Notes under the pieces: model-generated
Seen by the model: only the letters and a program-made list of their open reading frames with translations
Told to the model about the DNA's origin: nothing
The model's database searches: none
Assembly: GCA_009914755.4 (NCBI GenBank)
Contig: CP068257.2
Location: 37,856,001-37,920,000, forward strand
From: the human T2T-CHM13v2.0 reference genome, Homo sapiens
Direction of reading: 5' to 3'
Length of the DNA stretch: 64,000 nt
Part shown: piece by piece, positions 54,986 through 64,000 of the stretch
How the letters are laid out: every line of letters begins with the position of its first letter
Numbering within the stretch: the stretch's first letter is position 1
Program-made: the position numbers and the translations under genes

Positions 54986-57900
54986 CAGCTTGGGAAGAAG
55001 AATTGAGAATGTTGGGTCCTGCCAAGTGGCTGAACGTCTGCAACCAGCCAAGGAAATTCAGGTGGCGGGTGTCTGATGGTGATGGGAAGAAATTATTTCA
55101 AGATCTGTTACTGTTCATTCAAGGAGAACACGTGTCGAATTCTCAAAACAAAGAGAAATCCCAATTATTGCCTAGAACTCTCCCCTCTCCCACCCCCATA
55201 GCCCTCCGACCCACAGCCTGAATTGCACAGAAATTTCCATTCCATTAAATGACAGACATTTACCTAAAATGTCACAGTATTCTCCCAATTATGCAACAAA
55301 TTTGAAATTCACAAGTGACCCTGAGAAGGGTGGCTCCTTGGCCTCTTTTCTTCAGCCTAAGTTTGGGAGACCCCTCAAGCCCCCATCTGACGGCTTGCAC
55401 CACCAGTCCCATAGGGAGTAGAAAGTGGTGACTATCAGGACAGCCAGCAGCGGATCCATAAGTCCCCAGGCATGAGCTCTGCATGTCTGACTTTGGATTG
55501 GAGCCTCCAGTAGGTACCTCCACCATCACACAGGTCCCCCCCCAGCACATCCCAAGCCCCTACTTGGAAGACACAGTGCTCACTCATATGTGGCATTCAC
55601 GGTCAGCAGCAGCCTCCAACTGAGAAGGCCGGGCTGGTGGTCGGCTTCCTTGTGGCCCCCTTGGAACTGGGCCCTGCAAACACCCTCTTACCTCAGGGCT
55701 CCCTCCACACCTCCAATCTGCCACTGCCCATGACAGCTTCATTCAGTACATTCCCTTTGATGAACCAAGGATATGACATATCAAACCAGCTCAACCCCAG
55801 GGTTTCTTTGAGGACACAAGGTTTGGTGATGAATCTTATAACTCCAGTCCTGTCACTGACCAAGAGCCAGCTCATGGAAAAATGCTGATGGTGCCATTTG
55901 GAATCCACAGAGCCTGATAGCCTTGTCAGGGAATAAGAGAGGCCCGGCCTTGGCTGATCCTAGCCCCTTGTGGCCATGGGTCCAGCTTCCCAGAAATAGA
56001 GAAAATGGTGGCTTTCCTGACCAAAGAGACAGCTGTGTCATGAGAGGATGGCAGCCTGACGTGAGGGGCAGCCCTCACAGACACGCAGAAAGCCAAGTTT
56101 CTTCCCCAAGCCCACAGGGCGAGGGCACTCATGAAACTCAAACCAAACTCAAAAAGTTTGAAACTGGGATTCGGACCAAGAAAAGTTCAAAGAAGTAAAT
56201 GAAAACCAAACAAAAAACAAGACTGTATTTTGTTTGATTTTCATCCCTGTGAAATCAGAATCACAGCTGCCAGATACAGGTACGGACAACAATGACTTAA
56301 ATCTGAGTGGGTCTGATGAGAGCACAGCTCTGCAACCACAGAGTCTGCTGAGCATGTCCTCCAGCGACCTGGGGCTGCAGGCTGTCACAGGAAGCATGGG
56401 TGGGAGAATGGAGCTCCAGAAACAAGATCTGGGGGTGGGGATCAGAAGAAGATAAAGCAATCAATGACCTTGGATTCATTTACCTTACAAAGCACAGTGA
56501 ACTCCAGCATTCTGGCTCTTGGCCAGGGCACCAGTACAGAGATCAGCAAACACAAACCAGTTTCCCCAAAGAATCCCAAAGCTCGCAGCTCCTTCCTGTT
56601 GCAAAGCTGGGAGGGTCTAGTGTGTCCCTGACTCCAAAATGTTTGGACCCTGCTGCCTCCGAAGCTCAGATGCACACGGCAGTCCCTTCTGGTGACCACA
56701 AATAGAGGTGAAGTGCCTGCAACCTGAAAGGTCACAGGTCCCTCAGCCCAGCCGGCAACAGTGCTTTTCCAAGGACTTCCTTGTCCATAAATCAGGCACT
56801 GATGACAAAAGCAGGCTGAAGTCAGCCCTGTGTGGGTGTCTGTGGGCATGCAGTCCATCCCGGCCCAAGTGGGAGGTGGTGAAGGAGGTACCCACATGTC
56901 TGTGCAACAGCAAACAATGATTTGGGCGTTTTCTCCTGACACCAGTCAGCCATTGTGCCTGGGCTTATTAAGTTAACAAGTAAGTTTTAACAAGGAGCTT
57001 CAAGAAGACAAAGAAGGAAGACAAAGAAAACAGCTGCTGCGGCAATGAGGAAACGGAGGCGGAACAGCAGCAGGAAAACTGTGCTGACCCCAGACTGGAG
57101 AATTCAGGCTTCTGTGCAAACAGCCCGGAAATGAGTTGAGCAACAGCCAAGGATGTGGGTGCTGGAGGACCCTGGGTTTAGTTGGGAAAAGGTAGACATA
57201 AGTCTGAGAGCTGAGGTGAGGAGCTGGAACCTGGCCACCTGCGTGTCTGGCCTCTGTCCCTGGGTCCCTCTCAGGTGGAGACGACAGCCATGCATCCTCC
57301 GGGCAGCAGATGAAAGCTTGAGAGCAGAAGAGAGACACCAGAAGGTTGGCAATGGAGGTAATGAGCCCAGGTCCTGCAAAGAGAGTGATGTCTTCAAGAT
57401 CAAGTGACACAAAACCAGTGCCCCTCTCCTATCCGGCTGAGCCAAGGCGTCCCAGGAAAGTCAGAAACTTACCAGCACTTTCAGTTCCGTGAAACTGAGT
57501 GAAGTGGCCCCTTGGAAGGTTGATAGTGGTGGAGAGAGGGACACAGTGCTCCCGCTGTCCCTGACTAACCAGAACCGAGGGCTCTTGGCACCAGACTTTA
57601 CAGGCTATGGTGTTCACCACAGGGCAAGAGTAGAGTGAGCCAGCAAGCTAGAGGGGTCTTTGAGGGAAGTGGATGCAATAGAAACCCTCCAGGCAAGTCC
57701 CTGCAAGTGAGGGCTGTGAGGATCCTGGGCATTGAATGGCGGTGGCATTTCTCCTGCCAGTGCCCTGAGGGTGGAGGCAGAACCAGCCTCCCTGAGGTGA
57801 GCGTCTGCAGCCCAGAGGCCCCCAGGCAAGAGTCGCTGTCCAGCTCAGCACTGGCTGATGGCCTTATGGTGTCCACTGGTGCCTTTTATGGCAGGAGAAA

Positions 57901-58743
57901 GTGTGGCTGGACTGAAAGCCCTCTCTTGGTAGGGGAAGGGAACAGTGCCACGTGGGCTCCCCAGGCTTCTGAGCACTCAGACCTCACTTAGGGTTGTCAC
58001 CAATGGAGCTTCCAGCCTTGAGTCTCAGGCTAACCCCTTGGAGTCCAAGTCCTTAAAGGAAGTGGGGGCAAAACTGCCCTTCATATTCACTTTGTTCTAC
58101 TTCATAGAGAGGACTCCAAGTGTAGCAGACTCAGAAAAGAGGCTCAGAAGTGCTTTCAAAGTGATTGAAAGTTCGCAAGAGAAACTGGCTTCCCCCTGGC
58201 CAGGAGAGCAGACCCTGCCACCTGATGAGAATGGAAGAGGTGTGTTGAGTGTCTATTGAGCTTCAGGAGTGCTGACTCCCTGGAGGAGGTGGAGGGACTG
58301 AAGGCTTGGAGGGGCCAGGTCCACCTCCCAGAAGGCTCTGTGTCTCTGAGAGGCAGGGACGACAGGTTCAGAGTTGGCCACTCACTATCTTTCTCCAAGG
58401 ATGGTATCTCACGGGAAGAAAATGAGCATCTGGTGTCCAGATTCGTATGACCCTAGCAGAGAGGAGAGACTGTGATGAGATGCCAGTGACGCTTGCGTGC
58501 GTTTGCTGATGGAGTATTCTCTTATTTGTTGTTGTTTTCTTTTCCTTTTCTCTTTCTTCACTGTTCATCTGCAAGAGCATTCTCTGATTCCGTCTATGTA
58601 GGATCTGGAAACTGCTGGTTTTTAATGTACTGATGACATTCTTTACCACTGTCACTAGGAAACTTACCATCCACACAGAATTGCTTTGTGGAGATAAAGC
58701 AATAGTCCGTTGAAATAATCCTTTTTTAAAAAATTAAATTTAA

Positions 58744-59043
<300 letters not shown>

Positions 59044-59065
59044 TTTATTAAATTTTAAAAAATAA

Positions 59066-59177
59066 ATGAGACGAGGTCTCACTGTGTTGCTCAGGCTGGT
59101 CTCGACTCCTGAGCTCTAGTAATCTGCTAGCCTCCCAAAGTGCTAGGAGTATAGGCGTTAGCCACCATGCCCGGCTG
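59066..59177 (-). mobile_element. Alu left-monomer fragment (FLAM-like), antisense
   Basis: 'atgagacgaggtctcactgtgttgctcaggctggtctcgactcctgagctctagtaatctgctagcctcccaaagtgctaggagtataggcgttagccaccatgcccggctg'. Confidence 0.8.
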
Positions 59178-59434
59178 AAATCATTTTTTATAGCATGAAG
59201 ATTTAATGCCTATAATTAGGAAAGAGTTTTCACAGAAACCCTCCTTCATGAAGGATTTGGCCAAACTGGCAAATAGTTTGGTGTTTCTGTGGTTCTGTGT
59301 GAAAATTTAGACACAGAAGATCTAGTGAACGATTTTAAAGGACTGTGAATGCCACACATTCTCCTTCGTGTCTCCGTGCCCTGTGGCCCATGCTCAGTCT
59401 TTGCAGACGTAATCAAGTTAAGATGAACTGACTC

Positions 59435-59711
<277 letters not shown>

Positions 59712-60249
59712 CTAACGAGAGGAAACCCCATGTGAAGACAGAGACACTTAGGGAGAACGCCCTGTAACGACACAGGCAGAGATCAGAGGAATGAGGCTGC
59801 AAAACACGGGGCGGGAAGGATTGGCAGCTGCCAGCAGAAGCCAGGAAGAGGCAGAGGATTCTAAGCAGAGCCTCAGAGGGGGCGTGGCCCTGCTGACTCC
59901 TTTGATTTCAGACTTCTGGCCTCTAGAACTGTCAGAGAGTAAATTTCTTTGTCTTAAGCCATCCATCTGTGGTGCTTTGTCAGGACATCCCAGGACACTG
60001 ACGTGCTTGGCTTCTGTGATTCTTTCCGTTCCTACCTCTCCCTCCATCTCTGCCTTTCCTTTCACTTTTCACCCTTTAAATAGGAAAATTTCTGAAGGAC
60101 CAGTCCGTGGCTCTCTATTCTTCTCCATTGATTCTTTCTTCTTTGGCAATTTCTTTCATTTTCATGGTTTTGCTATAGATCCTGATGATTCTCAAGTCCT
60201 GTGTTAGCGAGGCTATTGGTTGCAAAGGTTGGGGCCTCCCTCAAGCCAC

Positions 60250-60860
60250 CTTTAAAAAAGGATGCTTACCCCTGCACATCATTTAGAATGGCTACTATAA
60301 AAAACCCAGAAAATAACAAGTGTTAGTGAGGGTGTGGAGAACTGTTAGTGAGAATGTTAAATGGTGCAGCTGCTACGGACAGTGGTAAGGAGATTCCTCA
60401 AAAAATTAAAAATAGAATTATCGTATGATCCAGCAATTCCAGTTCTGGGTATATGCCCAAAAGAATGGAAAGCAGAGTCCTGAAGAGGCATTTGTACACC
60501 TGTGTTCTAAGCAACATTATTCACAATAGCCAAAAGGTGGCACCAACACAGATGTCCATCAATGGATGAATGGATAAACACAATGTGGAATGCCCATACA
60601 ACAGACTATTATTCAAACGTTCAAAAGAAAGGAAGCTCTGTCACATGCTACAATATGAATGAACCTTGAGAACACACTAAGTGAAATAAGCCCGTTACAA
60701 CAGGATGAGTGCTGTATGATAAGTGGAATCATACAGTACGTTGTATGAGTCATCAAATGGAGACAGCGAGTGGAATGGTTGTTGCAAGGGGTCATTATAG
60801 TTTAATGTGTATAGAGTTTTAGTTTTGCAAGATGAGAGTTCTGGAGATACGATCATAAAG
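60250..60860 (+). mobile_element. L1M (mammalian-wide LINE-1) ORF2 C-terminal and 3' region fragment, sense
   Basis: '...aatggtgcagctgctacggacagtggtaaggagattcctcaaaaaattaaaaatagaattatcgtatgatccagcaattccagttctgggtatatgcccaaaagaatggaaagcagagtcctgaagaggcatttgtacacctgtgttc...attattcacaatagccaaaaggtggcaccaacacagatgtccatcaatggatgaatggataaacacaatgtgg...gcaagatgagagttctggagatac' matches the L1M ORF2 3' consensus. Confidence 0.8.
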
Positions 60861-61012
60861 AGCAAACAAGGCTGAGAAGACCCACTTGTGTGCGAGTGCT
60901 GAGGGTAGTTTTTTAGGGTACAGGCTGAGAAAGCACCCCAAAATGTACTGACTACACCCAGAATTCAAAGCACCTGCAGGATGTCTCCATGTGGATGTCC
61001 TGCAGGTACTTG

Positions 61013-61216
<204 letters not shown>

Positions 61217-61679
61217 TTAACTCATCTTGATTCCAAAGCAATTTTCATCTTGATGCCAATATCTAATCTTTCAGCCTTTCAGCCATTGTGCCCTGGCACT
61301 GTCTTAAAAACTTTTTTCTTGTTACAAAAGCAACATATGTTCATATTTTTTAAAGAAGATATAGATAAGTAAAAAATAAACATAAAATAATTTATAATCT
61401 CTGTGCCCAGAAATAGCCATTAATATCATTGTAACGTATCTTGCCATTATTTTTCTACACAATCATCAGAACTTCATGTACATGTAGCATGTTCTTATCC
61501 ATGCTATCCAAGTCTTTGCTTATTCGTCCGACTATGTCCACATGCCTGAGTCTTACTTGTAGGTTAAGACCCAGCTTGAGGTCACGTCTGTCATTAAGCT
61601 TTACTCACTATTGCCATCAGAGAGTATTTACTACTCCATACTTGACCTCTCAGAGCATTTTAACTAACCTTTCTCGTGA

Positions 61680-62034
<355 letters not shown>

Positions 62035-62539
62035 TAATTTTTTAAAGCCATAGGATTCTGTTCAAATGGGTCCCTAGCATAAAAAATCAGATGGAAAGAG
62101 AGCTGCTCTGACTGTAGTTACAGAGACCTTGAACCCCAAGGGGACTAAATTCAGAGCTCGGGTTGAAAGCCCTGTACTAGATTGCAGGATTTTTAGAAAA
62201 TACATTTTATTGAGGTTTAATTCATCCAGCAATATGCACCCTTTTTGAGTGCACGGTTTGATGAGTTCTGACAAGTGTGTATAACCAATGCCCCTGTCAA
62301 GACACAGATTATTCCTGTCATGCTGTAAAGCTCTCTTCTCCTGTGCAGCTAATCCCTCCCTTCCACAGGACCCCAGGCTACCGCTGCTGTTTTCTGACAT
62401 TACGGATTAGATTTTCCTTTCCTGGAACTGCATGGGAATGAGTACAACAGCTATTTCCTCTTTTTGTGCCTGGGTTCTCTTCCTCCACATGTGTTTGAGA
62501 CTCACCTGTAATGTCGTTAATATCAGTAGTTTGTTCCTT

Positions 62540-62700
62540 CTTTTAAATTTATTTTTTATGTTATTCATTTATTTTTAAGATTTTTTTAAAAAACTTACAT
62601 TTTAAATTTTTTATTTTTTATTTTATTTATTTTAATTTTATTTATTTTTAATTGAATGAATTTAATTTTTAAATTTAAATTTTAGTTTTTTATTTTTATT
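62540..62700. repeat. AT-rich low-complexity tandem region, (TTTTA / ATTTT / TTTAA)n
   Basis: 'ttttaaattttttattttttattttatttattttaattttatttatttttaattgaatgaatttaatttttaaatttaaattttagttttttatttttatttttta'. Confidence 0.9.
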
Positions 62701-63035
62701 TTTTATATACATAAATTTGTTCCTTCTTGCTGAGTGTGGCATTACCAGTTTGTTTACTCACACTCGACATTTGAGTCATTGCCAGTTTTGGGGTATTTTG
62801 AATAAAGCTGCCACAGACATTTGTGGATAAGTCTTTTTGAGTATGAATGTTTTTATTTCTCCTCAGTAGATGTCAAGTAAAACTTGAGATGATAGGTTTC
62901 TGAAAATAGAATCCATGTCTCTTTCATTTTTGTGATCCAGAGCGCACTGCATTGAGCCAGTGTTAAATGAACTTCTTGGTAAGAAAAGGGAAGGAATATT
63001 TAGTAAATGTTTACTAATTGCCAGCTACTTTTTAA

Positions 63036-63461
<426 letters not shown>

Positions 63462-63740
63462 TAAGTAGCCTGCCTAGGAGCACACAGCTAATAAGTTAAT
63501 AGAGCTAGGATTCAAACCCTCTGTTGGACTCCAAAGGCCAGGTTTATTTCTTAGTATTATTTTTGGCTGCCTGTTGAATCAGCTAAGTTGATTTAACATG
63601 TGGGAGAGTCCGTAAATTCTCCCGAGAGCCTCTGTGGGCTCAGCAGAGCCTTTCTGGCCATTGAAGTAGGTCAGGTCCTGCTACAGTGAAGTTTAGGAGT
63701 CAGTCTTTAACTCTGGGACATTGTCCATTCTGTCGTATCA

Positions 63741-63971
<231 letters not shown>

Positions 63972-64000
63972 TCACCTGAATTTTCCTTGTTATCAACCTT

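Noticed and set aside
60973-61006. A near-palindromic 34-mer 'cctgcaggatgtctccatgtggatgtcctgcagg' abutting the 5' truncation point of the Alu at 61013
   Set aside because: The symmetry is imperfect: mirror-like direct repeats 'ggatgtc' plus the self-complementary 'ctgcag'. It is short and is probably chance or part of the old L1M 3' region. No functional inference is warranted.

Overview
This window is primate (almost certainly human) nuclear DNA, not a prokaryotic locus. It is a repeat-dense intronic or intergenic stretch. I count about 38 Alu or Alu-monomer insertions (FLAM, FRAM, AluJ, AluS, AluY), several with intact target-site duplications. At least six LINE-1 fragments are present, among them two antisense L1s with internal deletions and two L1M 3' pieces. 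There are two MaLR (THE1/MST-type) solo LTRs, MIR fragments, a MADE1/Hsmar1 TIR remnant, and many micro- and minisatellites. Essentially all entries in the supplied six-frame ORF track are artefacts: L1 ORF1/ORF2 remnants, translations of simple repeats, or Alu-derived frames. The one clear gene-derived feature is a disrupted processed pseudogene of MYL6 (myosin light chain 6) at about 16925-17625 on the + strand. I find no CRISPR array, operon, defence island or other candidate 'system'. The points worth a second look are structural. The MYL6 retrocopy sits in a locally duplicated ~250 bp segment with candidate flanking direct repeats. There are filled-site versus empty-site paralogues of a young AluY insertion. 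Two closely spaced inverted Alu pairs are present. A ~120 bp inverted repeat flanks a 636 bp spacer and looks TIR-like. Two short ORF-open segments have canonical splice signals, at 3762-3842 and 28453-28545. Several CpG-retaining unique segments lie at 47-48.6 kb, 54.1-54.7 kb and 55-58.7 kb and may be regulatory or exonic. All coordinates are read by eye and are approximate to about ±5 bp.
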